This document shows positions 1 to 10,431 of a DNA stretch of 64,000 bases, in pieces. The position numbers were made by a program, and so were the translations under genes. Location: positions 277,306 to 341,305 of the forward strand of contig CAWJBJ010000004.1 of assembly GCA_963841135.1 (NCBI GenBank), read 5' to 3'. The notes under the pieces were generated by a model. It did no database searches. It saw only the letters and a list, made by a program, of their open reading frames with translations, and was not told the DNA's origin. This DNA is from an uncultured Chloroflexia bacterium. Its GTDB lineage: Bacteria > Chloroflexota > Limnocylindria > Limnocylindrales > CSP1-4. Positions within the stretch are counted from its first letter, which is position 1. Every line of letters begins with the position of its first letter.

Positions 1-1587
1 CAGCGCGGTCGGAACGAGCACGAGCAGCGGTGAGTGCGCCGAACGGCAGCGGCCCGCGGCGCAGCGCGAGCAGCGCGAACCCGGCCAGCAGCGCCGCCTG
101 GATCAGGATGCTCGCCGCACCGAGCCCCTCGCGCATCGCCGCGGCGCCGCCGATCCGGGATCGTGCCCTGGCTCGGGTAGAGGATCGAGCGGCCGTCGGG
201 CGACCAGGACGGTCCGTACCAGCCGTCCTCCACGCCGGGGTTGCGCGTCAGGTTCCGCTGATCGGAGCCATCGGCGGCCATCACGTAGACCTCGAGATCG
301 CCGTCGCGGTTCGTCGTGAACGCGATCGACGTGCCGTCGGGCGACCAGGCCGGCAGGCCGCTGCCGCCGTCGGAATCGGTGAGCCGTCGCGGGTCGCTCC
401 CGTCGACCGCGACCGACACGATGTCGACTCGGCATCGCCGTCGGCGCCCGGCGCGGCGTAGGCGATCCGCGTCCCGTCGGGCGACCAGGCCGGATCGGAG
501 CCGCCGTCGGCGGTGAGCCGCACGACCGCCGATCCGTCCACGTTCGCGATGTAGACCTGGGGCGAGCCGTCGCGATCGGTGGTGAAGGCGATCCGCGATC
601 CGTCCGGGGACCACGTCGGGCCGTACTCGGACGAGGGATCGGTCGTGACCGCCTGGACGTCGGTGCCGTCCGCCGCCATCGTGTAGATGTCCAGCGAGCC
701 GCTCGATCGGAGTGGAAGGCGATGCGGCTGCCGTCCGGCGACCACGCCGGCCGGGCGTTCGATGCCCTCGGTGGTGATCGTCGTGTGGTTCGAGCCGTCG
801 GGCTCGGTGACAACGATCTGCGCCGAGCCATCGATGCGAAGGCGCTGAACGCGAGGACGCGGCCGTCCGGCGAGAGCCTGGGGTTCCGCTCATCGGTGTC
901 CGTGACGGCGATCCGGTGCTGACCGGTCCCATCCGCGGCCATCGCGTAGAGCTGCGAGAGCGGCGGTCGGGCGGAGCCGTCGTCGCCGGCGGCGACCTCG
1001 GCCAGCGGATCGACGAACGGGTGGGCGTACTGCGTGAGCGCCGCGAACACCGACAGGATCGCGATGAGGCCGATGACCGCCGGCCCGTGCGTGCGCCAGG
1101 CCGGGAGCGAGACCGGTCGCGACCAGACCGAGCGGACCGGGCCGCTGAGCGCCACGACCCCGGTCACCGCGAGCGCCAGGTGCGGCGGCGAGAGCATGGC
1201 CGCCACGTCGACCTCGAACCCGAAGATCGAGTGCCAGACGAAGTCGAGCTGACCGGCGAACAGGAATCCGATCAGCCCGACCAGCGACGCCATGTACGGG
1301 CCGGGCAACGCGCGTCGCCATGGCGCGCCCCGGACCAGGTGTCGCACGGCCGGGACACCGAGCGTCAGGCCGAAGGTGACGGCGCCCGCGTACAGGATCG
1401 CGTGCCAGGGGGTCAGGAACGTGTCGTCGACCATGCCGTGGGCGTGGGCCCACAGGTCGAGGTAGAAGCCCGCGACCAGCCAGATCGACAGGATCGAGAT
1501 CGTCCAGTCGAAGCGAAGGCTGGCGCTCGCTGCCGCCTCGGGTGGCGTGGAACGTTCCTGTGGTGGCGCGACCGTCGCGTCGGCCAT
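1..1587 (-). CDS. Polytopic membrane protein with inserted TolB-like PD40 beta-propeller (frameshifted; runs off window start)
   Basis: N-terminal TM helices with DxxxH...P.H motifs, then repeated P.WSPDG.RIAF motifs spread over several frames (shifts near 830, 765, 705, 430), then hydrophobic helices again toward base 1. Confidence 0.75.
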
Positions 1588-1685
1588 CGATCCCGGACCT
1601 CGCTAGTGGGAGTGCGTCCGACCGAACTGGTCGCCGTCGGATCGATACACCGCCGGCGGCCTCGTGGTTCCGCTCTCCCGCAGCG

Positions 1686-2667
1686 TCAGCGGGCGTCCAC
1701 CTGGTCGGACGTCCGATGGATCTCGGGCGCCGGCGCTGCGCAGACGCGGGCGAGGACCTCGCTGAAGCGCGCGGTGGCGAGGCCGATGACCGTGTCGGCG
1801 GCCCCGTAGTAGAGGAACAGCTGGTCGGCCTCCGCATCGTGGACCCAGCCACAGGGGAACACGACGCGGCCGACATCGCCGGTGATCTCGTACGGCGCCT
1901 CGGGACCGAACACCCACTCGTCGGTCTGGTGGAGGACGATCCTCGGATCGGCGAGATCCGAGCAGGGCCAGACCCATCCGGTAGATCGGGCCATCCGAGG
2001 TCGTGTGGACGCCGTGGTACATCACGAGCCAGCCGTCGGCGGTCTCGATCGGCGGTGGACCGAGGCCGATCTTGCCGGCATCCCACCAGGCGCCGTCGCG
2101 GGCCTCGAGCAGCAGCGTGTGATCGCCCCAGTGGCGCAGGTCCGGCGAGAACGAGATCCACATGTGGGCTCCGCCGCGCAGCGGCGACGGGCGATGGATC
2201 ATCGCCCAGCGGCCGCCGAACCGGATCGGGAAGAGCGCCGCGTCCTTGTCCTCGGGCGGCATGGCCGGCCCGAGGCGGGTGACGGTCCGGAAGTCCCGGG
2301 TCATCGCCAGCGAGACGAGCGGCCCGCGGCGGCTGTAGGCGGTGTACGCGATCGCCCACTCCTCGCGCTCGGGGAGCCACGTGACGCGCGGATCCTCGCA
2401 GCCCCAGATCTCCTCGGGGTAGCGCTCGACATCGGAGCGCAGCAACGGCTCGGGGTCGAACCGCCAGTCCGTGGCGCCGTCCGCGCTCCGCGCGACATGC
2501 AGCTGCGAGATCCCGCGCATGTCCTCGACGCGCACGAGGAGGACCGTCTCGTCACCGACGCGCGCCGCGGCCGGGTTGAACACGGAGTTCGCGGGGTACG
2601 GCAGGTCCGCGGCCGTCAGGATCGGGTTGGCCTCGGACCGCCGGAAGACCTCGTCCGGTCGCGTCAC
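1686..2667 (-). CDS. GH130 family glycoside phosphorylase/hydrolase (frameshift near 1960)
   Basis: NPIL..., FNPAA, GCEDPR, EDKDAALFP, YHGV, VVFPCG, YYGAADT motifs; GTG at 2667 overlaps the upstream TGA (GTGA). Confidence 0.85.
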
Positions 2668-3794
2668 GCGATATTCGTCACGAACGAGCCCGCGGTCCGC
2701 TGTGATTCGGATCGACCGGTGCTCCGGGTGCGAACCGGTGTGCGCGCGACCTCGCTGCGGACGGCCCGGATGTGCTCCGCGGCGGTCAGCCACATCAGCG
2801 TGGACTCCGCGCCCTGGTTCGTGTTCACGCCGTGCGGCGTCAGGCCGTCGTAGCCGGCGCCACGGACCGGGTCCGCGACCTCGAGCCCGAGGTCGTTCAT
2901 CCCGAGGAACCACGCATACGACTGCTCCATCGCGTCGCGATGGCGCTCGTACCCGGTCGCCCGATGGGCCGCTTCGGCCGCGAGCAGGAGGGCGGTCGCC
3001 TCGATCGGCTGCTGATCGAAGCGGGCCTTCTGGCCGCCCCGCCGCCAGAACCCGTTGCCCACCGGGGACAGGTGGCCGTCGGTCGTGGTCTGCGCCTCGA
3101 TCAGCCAGTCGAGGACGCGCAGGCCGGTCTGGAGCATCGGCTTCGACTCGAAGAGGCCGCCGGCGACGATCAGCGCCCGGGCCGGCAGGGCGTTCTCGTA
3201 GGTCAGGCTCGGTTCCGGCCACGGCCACGCCGATCGGGAACCGGTCGGAAACCGCGCGAGGAAGCTGTCCGCGAGCGTGCGGCACGCAGCGGCGATCGAT
3301 GGATCCGGGGCGGTGCGCAACCGTGCCGCGCACCCCAGCAGCACGGACGCCTGGGCACGGAGCGCGCCCAGCGCGAGTGCCGCGGGCAGGGCTCGCTGGA
3401 ACAGCGCGATCGCCGATTCGACGAAGGGACCCGCCGGTGCCTCCGCGATCACATCGCCGATCGCGTGGAAGGCCCGCCCGTGGCAGTCCTCCGAGCCGAT
3501 CCCGTCGGTCCACGATCCGTCGACCGAGCGGAAGTTCCGGAACCGCCCGCTCTCGTCATCGAAGGCCTCGCCGAGGAACGCCAGGCTTCGGCCCGCACGA
3601 TCGGCGACCGCCGGCCAGCCAAGCACGCGCGCATGGAGCAGATCCACCTGGAGTGCCCGGGCGACATCGTCCACGCAGTAGCCGTGGGCTGGGTCCGGCC
3701 GGGACCCGATCGCGTGCTGCATGATCCCGACCTCGTCGGTCAGCTCGTCGAGATGCTGCCGGCTGACCGGGTGCAGGGGCGCCAGGTCAGGCAT
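2664..3794 (-). CDS. Glycosyltransferase-associated (alpha/alpha)6-barrel protein
   Basis: GIMQHA, GYCVDDVARAL, FRNF, SEDCHGRA, TYENA, FDQQPIE, NQGAESTL motifs typical of the domain often fused C-terminally to GT4 in GT4-GH130 clusters. Confidence 0.75.
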   Translation of the reverse strand: MPDLAPLHPVSRQHLDELTDEVGIMQHAIGSRPDPAHGYCVDDVARALQVDLLHARVLGWPAVADRAGRSLAFLGEAFDDESGRFRNFRSVDGSWTDGIGSEDCHGRAFHAIGDVIAEAPAGPFVESAIALFQRALPAALALGALRAQASVLLGCAARLRTAPDPSIAAACRTLADSFLARFPTGSRSAWPWPEPSLTYENALPARALIVAGGLFESKPMLQTGLRVLDWLIEAQTTTDGHLSPVGNGFWRRGGQKARFDQQPIEATALLLAAEAAHRATGYERHRDAMEQSYAWFLGMNDLGLEVADPVRGAGYDGLTPHGVNTNQGAESTLMWLTAAEHIRAVRSEVARTPVRTRSTGRSESQRTAGSFVTNIA

Positions 3795-4962
3795 TGACGG
3801 CCACGCGCGGCTCGGTTCGAACCGGCACGGTCACCGGCCTGACCGCGTCCGCCGCGACCCGGGCGAAGAGTCGGCCATAGGTCGCGCCGACCGCGGACCA
3901 GACCATGCCGCGGCTGAACGCATGCGCGCGACGCCCGATCTCGGCGCGCCCGACGTCGTCTCCGAGGACCTCGGTCAGCCCCTGTGCGAGACTCGCCGCG
4001 GAGCCAGGAGCGACAAGGACGCCGCGTCCGTCGGCCAGGAGCTCCTTGGCGTAGGCGTACGGCGTCGAGACGATCGCACGGCCAGCGCCCATCGCGTAGG
4101 AGAGCGTTCCCGAGACGATCTGGTCGAGGTTCGGGTACGGCGTGACGAAGACGTCGGCCGCCTGGAGCCATCGCGTCAGCTCGACACGACCGACGAACCG
4201 GTCGACGAACCGGACATGCCGCTCCATGCCGAGCCGGCGCACCTGGGCGACGAGCGTCTGGCGGTAGGCCTCGCCCTCGGTTCGCACGAGATCCGGGTGG
4301 GTCGCACCGACGATCACGTACAACGCGGTCGGGTGCTCGGCGACGACGGCCGGAAGCGCGTCGATCGCGGTCTCGAGGCCCTTGCCCGGCCCGAGCAGGC
4401 CGAAGCTGAGGATGACCGCGCGGCCTTCGACCTCGAGGCCGGACTTGACGATCTCGGGGGCGACGAGCGGCAGGTCGGGGACGCCGTGGGGGATGACCTC
4501 GATCCGGCTGGGGTCGACGTCATAGACGCTGGTCAGCAACGCGCCGGCGGACTCTGACATCACGACGGTGGCCGCGGTCTCGGCGACCATCTCGGAGAGG
4601 ACGGCGCGCTGGCCCGCCGTCGGGTCCCGCAGGACCGTGTGGAGGGTCGCGACGGCCGGAACGCGCAGGGCCCGGACGAAGTCGATGACCTTGTCGCCGT
4701 CCTGGCCGCCCCAGATCCCGTATTCGTGCTGGATCGAGACGATGTCGACGCAGCGGTCGAGCTCGCGAGCGGCCTGGAGGTAGTCGGCGCTCTCATCGCG
4801 TCGGATCCGGTGGTGGACCTCGATCGGATAGGGCGTGGCCTGCTCGGGCGGGTGGAGGGCGACGACTTCACGACTGCTCGTGACGCCGGCCAGGTCATGG
4901 GTGAAGGTGGCGATCCCGCAACGGCGGGGGGGATAGGTGGAGACGTATGCGATTCGAACGAT
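3787..4962 (-). CDS. GT4 family glycosyltransferase (probable non-canonical ATC start at 4962)
   Basis: Frame is open from 4962: VRIAYVSTYPPRRCGIATFT..., IQHEYGIWGG, TLHTV, IPHG, FGLLGPGKG, SGTLSYA. No in-frame ATG/GTG/TTG upstream of 4590; GAAAGGA lies 8 nt before the ATC. Confidence 0.85.
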   Translation of the reverse strand: MVRIAYVSTYPPRRCGIATFTHDLAGVTSSREVVALHPPEQATPYPIEVHHRIRRDESADYLQAARELDRCVDIVSIQHEYGIWGGQDGDKVIDFVRALRVPAVATLHTVLRDPTAGQRAVLSEMVAETAATVVMSESAGALLTSVYDVDPSRIEVIPHGVPDLPLVAPEIVKSGLEVEGRAVILSFGLLGPGKGLETAIDALPAVVAEHPTALYVIVGATHPDLVRTEGEAYRQTLVAQVRRLGMERHVRFVDRFVGRVELTRWLQAADVFVTPYPNLDQIVSGTLSYAMGAGRAIVSTPYAYAKELLADGRGVLVAPGSAASLAQGLTEVLGDDVGRAEIGRRAHAFSRGMVWSAVGATYGRLFARVAADAVRPVTVPVRTEPRVAVNA

Positions 4963-5087
4963 GGCAAGCGTCCTTTCGGAGGGTCCTCGCGCGCGGCCCG
5001 GAGGATGGGGGCACGCCGGCGCACGAGCGACCGAGACGGAGACAGACCAGGCGCGATCGAAGGATCGACGCGAGCCTGGCCTGACCG

Positions 5088-5118
5088 AAAACGAAGCGGC
5101 CCGCCTGGCGGCGGGCCG
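5088..5118 (-). terminator. Intrinsic terminator of the cold-shock gene
   Basis: CGGCCCGCC-GCCA-GGCGGGCCG hairpin followed by CTTCGTTTT on the minus strand. Confidence 0.75.
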
Positions 5119-5124
5119 TGGTGC

Positions 5125-5328
5125 CTAGGCGGACTTCACCTGGACGGCGCGCGGTCCCTTGGGACTCGCTTCGATCTCGAACTCGACCTTCTCTCCGCCG
5201 ACGAGGCGGTCGAAGTCGAGCGAGGAATCGAGGCCGCCACGATGGAAGAAGTATTCCTTCTCATCCTCGGCGGAGATGAAGCCAAAGCCGCGATCGGCGA
5301 TGACCTTCTTGACGGTACCGGTGGTCAT
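5125..5328 (-). CDS. Cold-shock domain protein (67 aa)
   Basis: MTTGTVK...RGFGFI...YFFH...GPRA; GGAGG RBS; TGnTATGAT promoter at about 5432-5440. Confidence 0.92.
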   Translation of the reverse strand: MTTGTVKKVIADRGFGFISAEDEKEYFFHRGGLDSSLDFDRLVGGEKVEFEIEASPKGPRAVQVKSA

Positions 5329-5512
5329 GAGGACCTCCAACACTTCCCGAACTCGGATTGCAGACGCACGGTCCGTTCGAAAAGGGGGTCGACCACGCGG
5401 AGCGACATCGCGGATTGCGACGAAGGCAAGCATCATACCACGAAATCAGGCTCTCGGGGCATCCGTCGAGCGTCGTATCCGTGGTCCCCGATGGCCGCTA
5501 TCATCCCCTGCG

Positions 5513-6313
5513 ATGACGCGGCACGAGTTCCTGCGCCGGCTCCACGCGCTCGTCCGCCCCCGGAACTACCTCGAGATCGGCGTCTTCGACGGCCACAGCC
5601 TCGCACTCTCGCGGGTGCCCAGCATCGCCATCGACCCCGCGTTCAAGGTGACGCAGCCGCTCAAGGCCGACGTCCATCTCGCGAAGCAGACCAGCGACGA
5701 ATTCTTCGCCCGGCAGGACCCGATCCTGCACCTGCGCAGTGGCCGCAACCCGCTGCGGAACCTTCGACGGGGTCGCGCTCCCTTCGCTCACTACCTCGGC
5801 GGCACGACGCTGGATCTCGCCTTCATCGACGGGATGCACCTGTTCGAGTTCGCGCTGCGCGATTTCATGAACGTCGAGCGCTTCAGCACCTGGTCCTCGG
5901 TCATCGTGTTCGACGACATGCTGCCGCGCAACATCCCGGAGGCGGCGCGCGAACGGGCGACGGCCCAGTGGACCGGCGACGTCTACAAGATCATCCCGGT
6001 CCTGCGCGAATACCGGCCGGACCTCACGCTCATCCCGGTCGACACCACCCCGACCGGCCTCCTGGTCGTGCTCGGCGCGGATCCCGCCGACGGGACCCTC
6101 ACGGCGAAGTACGACGAGATCGTCGGCCGCTGGGTCACGCCAGATCCGCAGGAGATCCCGGCCGACATCCTCGAGCGTCGCGATGCGCTCTCGCCGGAGG
6201 CGCTCCTGGGCGCCGGTTTCTGGCCCGACCTCGTCCGTGCCCGGAACCGCCGAGCGAAGCGCGGCCGCGGCTACGAGCAGGTCCGCGAGACCCTGCGCTC
6301 GCTCGCGCGCTGA
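5513..6313 (+). CDS. Class I SAM-dependent methyltransferase (Methyltransf_24-like)
   Basis: YLEIGV..G.SL, IDP, TSDEFF, DLAFIDGMH, FDD, WTGDVYK; TATCAT 7 nt before ATG (leaderless). Confidence 0.85.
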   Translation: MTRHEFLRRLHALVRPRNYLEIGVFDGHSLALSRVPSIAIDPAFKVTQPLKADVHLAKQTSDEFFARQDPILHLRSGRNPLRNLRRGRAPFAHYLGGTTLDLAFIDGMHLFEFALRDFMNVERFSTWSSVIVFDDMLPRNIPEAARERATAQWTGDVYKIIPVLREYRPDLTLIPVDTTPTGLLVVLGADPADGTLTAKYDEIVGRWVTPDPQEIPADILERRDALSPEALLGAGFWPDLVRARNRRAKRGRGYEQVRETLRSLAR

Positions 6314-6331
6314 CCGACGCCACAGGCCCGC

Positions 6332-8314
6332 TCAGCGCCTGACCAGCCCGCGCACGCGCGCCTTGACCGGCTCGGGCAACCGGCGGGCCGCGGCACGGAT
6401 GGATCGCTTGGCGAGCCACGCGCCGCTGGCGACGATCCCGACCCGTCTCGCGCCGACCATCCACGCTCGGCCGCTGCGGGTGACCCGAAGCGTCCCGAGC
6501 GCCAGTGGGGCGGCCCCTCCGGGGAGCTCGACCGAGAGCCGGTAGGCACCCGCGGGCAGCCGGCCGCGCACGATCCCGTGTTGCGCGGCCACCACGAGCG
6601 ACCCGCCCTGACCGACGAGCTGCGCCGGCCGCCGGTGCGTCCCGGGCCCGCCCTCGAGGGTGAGCCAGACGGGAACAGGGCCGGTCCGGGCATCGGCGGC
6701 AACCGCGAGGCCGATGGTCATGGAGCGGCCCCCGCTCGGTCGGGCGGTGACCGGCTGGCCGTCCAGGGCCGCGTGCAGGCCCTCGATGTCGCCCACGTCG
6801 AGGGCTAGCCCGTCGCCGTCGAGCCGTGGCGTGACCAGGCGGACCGGATCCCCGAGTAGGGCAGGCCGGAGCGACGCCGCGAGGCGGGTTGGATCCTCCG
6901 CCCCGAGACCGATCCGTCGGACCAGCCCGAACGCGGACACGCGCGCCCCGACGTCCCACATCCCCGGATCCAGCGGCTCGCCGCCCCCGGCCGACAACGG
7001 GTCGGCGGACAGCACGGCGTCCAGGATCCAGCGGGCGCGCGGTCGTCCCTCGGCGTCGGCGTGGATCGGTTCGAGGCGCAGGGTCGAGCTGCATCTGAGG
7101 TCCCAGCTCACGCCGCTCGCGCGGTCACGCACCGACGCCTTCGCGTCCGCACTGGCGGCATCCTCGGTGACATCGGGTGGATCGACGCCGAGACCGTCCA
7201 CGAGGGCCGGATCGAGGGTCAGCCGCTCCCCATCGCGGACCAGGGTGAGCGGCTCGTTCCCCTCGGCGGTGCTGCCGAACGCCTCGAACGACACCCGCAG
7301 CCTGCCGGCGGCCCACGCGGCCGACCGGACCCGGGCCGTCGCCCCGATCCGCGACGTGCGGCGAGCGAGCTCCTGCATGGCGACCGGGTCATCGGCGCGG
7401 AGGAGTCGCGCGCGGAGACGCGCTAGCGCGGGAAGTCCGGCTTCGACGGCCTCGTCCATCCGTTCGAGCGCCAGGTCGCGGATCGTGCGGAACAGGATCT
7501 CCTGGTAGGCCGGCTCCTGGGACAGGTACCACTCGTCGCTCAGGCGCCCCAGCATCTCGACGCGGTAGAAGCGTCGCAGGAGCCGGTCGCGGAATGGCCC
7601 TGGCTCGGTCTCCGCGACGACCACGTCGAGGACCTCGGCGAGGTTCGCGTAGTAGCCGGGCGGATCGAGCCGGGCGGAGCCGGCGTTGCCCTCGTCGTCG
7701 CGCTGCATGTAGAAGTAGCACGGGTACGTCGCCAGGACCGAGACGACCTTCGCCCGGAACAGCGCGCGGACCATGAAGAGCTGATCCTCCAGCCGCCGCC
7801 GACCCTCGGGGAACGCGATCCCGTGCTCCTGGAGGAACGCCCGCCGGAACATCTTGTGCGGCGTCAGGCTGTCGATGAGTGGTGCGTCGGCGATCGTGCA
7901 GGCCTCGCGGTCGCGGCGGAACAGCGACGAGGAGACGCCCCGGAAGTCGCTCGTGACCTTGCCGATCACGATGTCGGCGTCGTTGCGAACCCCCATCGCG
8001 TACAGGCGCTCGAGGGCCTCAGCACCCAGGTGGTCGTCCTGGTCCACGAACTGGACGTAGTCGCCGCGCGCCGCCTCGACCCCGACGTTCCTCGGCCGGC
8101 CCGGCCAGCCCGAGTTCGGGGTGTGGATCACCCGGAACGAGGGATGCGCCGCGGCCAGCTCGTCAAGACGGCGCGGCGAATCATCGGTGGAGCCGTCGTC
8201 GACGAAGACGGCCTCGAACTCGTCGGGCGGGAGCGACTGGGCGAGGAGGGAGTCGATACACGGGTCGAGATAGCGGCCCGCGTTCCAGACCGGGACGACG
8301 ACCGAGACCTTCAT
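6332..8314 (-). CDS. GT2 family glycosyltransferase (TarS/TarP-like), copy 2
   Basis: MKVSVVVPVWN, VDDGSTD, NSGWPGRPRN, FVDQDD, RLED motifs; ATGA overlap with copy 1. Confidence 0.88.
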   Translation of the reverse strand: MKVSVVVPVWNAGRYLDPCIDSLLAQSLPPDEFEAVFVDDGSTDDSPRRLDELAAAHPSFRVIHTPNSGWPGRPRNVGVEAARGDYVQFVDQDDHLGAEALERLYAMGVRNDADIVIGKVTSDFRGVSSSLFRRDREACTIADAPLIDSLTPHKMFRRAFLQEHGIAFPEGRRRLEDQLFMVRALFRAKVVSVLATYPCYFYMQRDDEGNAGSARLDPPGYYANLAEVLDVVVAETEPGPFRDRLLRRFYRVEMLGRLSDEWYLSQEPAYQEILFRTIRDLALERMDEAVEAGLPALARLRARLLRADDPVAMQELARRTSRIGATARVRSAAWAAGRLRVSFEAFGSTAEGNEPLTLVRDGERLTLDPALVDGLGVDPPDVTEDAASADAKASVRDRASGVSWDLRCSSTLRLEPIHADAEGRPRARWILDAVLSADPLSAGGGEPLDPGMWDVGARVSAFGLVRRIGLGAEDPTRLAASLRPALLGDPVRLVTPRLDGDGLALDVGDIEGLHAALDGQPVTARPSGGRSMTIGLAVAADARTGPVPVWLTLEGGPGTHRRPAQLVGQGGSLVVAAQHGIVRGRLPAGAYRLSVELPGGAAPLALGTLRVTRSGRAWMVGARRVGIVASGAWLAKRSIRAAARRLPEPVKARVRGLVRR

Positions 8315-10360
8315 CGGACCGACCGCGCCGCTCCTCGGAGCGTCCGTCGAACGGGTGCCGGCAGGCGCGCGTCGATTGCCCGTGCCAGATCGGCGAGGAT
8401 CCAGCGCAGGTTCGCGACCGGCGTGACGGTCGTCGGGCCGTCGGCCGTGAGCCGCCCGAACCGCCGGAGCCGGACGTTCCCCAGTGGCACCGCGGGAGAC
8501 GCCCGGCCCGTCGAACTCGGCCGCGAGCGCCCATGTCCCGCGCCGCACGCCCGCGAGCGAGCGACCGGCGGCCGCCCGTACCAGGGTCGTGCCGGCTCGC
8601 GGCTCGAGGCGGCCCGGGAGCGCCACGCGCTCCTCGCCCTGGTGCAACGTCAGGGTCACGTCGCGTGGCGCCGTCGCCGCGCCGGTCGCGATCGGGAGCC
8701 TGGCGACCAGCCGGCGCCCGTCGCGGACGATGCGGACGCGGTCGGCGGCCACCGTCCCGGCGACCGGGTGGGTCCGGGCGCCGACATCGAGCGAGAGGCC
8801 ACCCGCTTCGTCGACGAACGGCACGACCGGCGTCGAACGATCTCCGAGGATCGCGGGTCCGGCCGAGACCGCGGACCGAGCCTCAGCGGTGGCGCGGACC
8901 GTCCGGTCCAGGCCGAGCCCGACGACGCGAACCCAGAGGTCCCAGATGCCCTCGTCGAGCGGATGCTTCCCGGCCGCCGTGAGCGGATCGAGCGTCGCGG
9001 TGCCATGGAGGATCGGTCGCGTCGCCTGCCCGTCGGTCTCGCCATCGGCACCGCCCGCGCCCTCGAGCGCCGACTTCGTCGGGACGACCCATTGCGCCCC
9101 GGTCACGCGATCGCGCAGGAGCACGTCGGCGCGAAGGCCGCGGACCTCCTCGTCGCTCACCTCGAACGGCGATGGCAGCAAGCCGCTGGTCAGGGCCGGA
9201 TCGATGACCCATCGCCCGTCGTCGGCCGGCACGACGAGGTCACTGCCGGTCGCCGTGTCGAACGACGCCTCGAATCCGAGCTCGAGGCGGCCCCGCGTCC
9301 AGGCGAGGCGGTCGAGCGACCAGGAGGCGCGTGCCGGCGCCAACCGCCGCGCGAGTTCGACGAGGGCGTCCTGTCGATCGGCGCGCAGCAGGGCGGCCCG
9401 CAGTCGAAGGATCGGCGTGAACGTGGCGTCCACGTCAGGATCGATGAGGTCCATCGCGATCGAGCGGACCGCGCTGTAGATCCCGTCGCGGAATGCCGGC
9501 TCCAGCTGGTGGAAGGAGGGCTCGCTCAGGCGGCCGAGCATCTCCACGCGATAGAAGCGCCGCAGGAGCCTGGTCCGCGGCTCGCCCGGTTCGGTGTTCG
9601 CGATCACGATCTCCAGCACGGCCCGGAGGTCGCCGTAGTAGGCCGCGGGGTCGATCGTGACCGAGCCGGCGTTGCCGCCATCGGCGCGCTCCTGGTAGAG
9701 GTAGCAGACGTGGTCGCCGAGCACCGAGACCACCGATGCCGCGAAGTACGCCGGGACCACGAAGAGCTGGTCCTCGAGCCGCATTCGGCCCTCCGGGAAC
9801 CGCAGCTCGTGGTCGCGCAGGAACGCGGCCCGGAACATCTTGTGCGGCGTCAGGCTGTCGATCAGGGGCGCGTCGAAGATCGTGCACTGCTCGCGGTTCT
9901 GGCGGAACAGCACCTGCGGGACGCCCCGGATGGCGTGGTCCCCGACGGGTGCGTGCGAGCGGAAGCTGCCCGCGACCTTGCCGATGACGATGTCGGACCG
10001 GTTGCGGGTGCCCATCGCGTACAGCCGCTCGAGCGCGTCCGGCGCGAGCTGGTCGTCCTGATCGACGAACTGGATGTACTCGCCCCGGGCGGCCTCGATG
10101 CCCACGTTCCGCGGCCGCCCTGGCCACCCGGAATTGGGGATGTGGATCACGCGGATGATCGGGTACTCGGCGGCGATGGCGTCCAGTCGCTGGGCGGTGC
10201 CATCCGTGGAGCCGTCGTCGACGAGGAGCACCTCGAAGGCGTCCGGATCGAGTGTCTGGCCGAGCAGGGAGGCGATGCACGGGTCGATGTACGGCCCTGG
10301 GTTCCAGACCGGGACGACCACGCTCACCTTCACCGGTGCGGCGACACCGATGCTATCCAT
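8311..10360 (-). CDS. GT2 family glycosyltransferase (TarS/TarP-like), copy 1 (frameshift near 8490)
   Basis: Same GT-A motifs. A one-base shift near 8490 restores a C-terminus (VPLGNVRLRRFGRL...RLPAPVRRTLRGAARSVR*) homologous to copy 2 and ending at TGA 8311. Start could instead be GTG 10333. Confidence 0.82.
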
Positions 10361-10396
10361 CCCTCACGGTTCGGATACTACCGTCGAGAGGCGGAC

Positions 10397-10431
10397 AAAA
10401 AGCCGAGGCGGCTCCCGAAGGAGCCGCCTCG
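10397..10431 (-). terminator. Intrinsic terminator
   Basis: CGAGGCGGCTCC-TTCG-GGAGCCGCCTCG followed by GCTTTTT. Confidence 0.85.

Noticed and set aside
4962-5328. Stop-codon readthrough fusing the cold-shock protein to GT4 (TAG is in frame with an open linker)
   Set aside because: An intrinsic terminator follows the TAG, the linker has non-coding-like codons, and GT4 has its own SD.
6332-10360. Single 1342-aa double-GT2 fusion protein
   Set aside because: A one-base shift near 8490 restores a homologous C-terminus ending at an ATGA overlap, so two genes are more likely.
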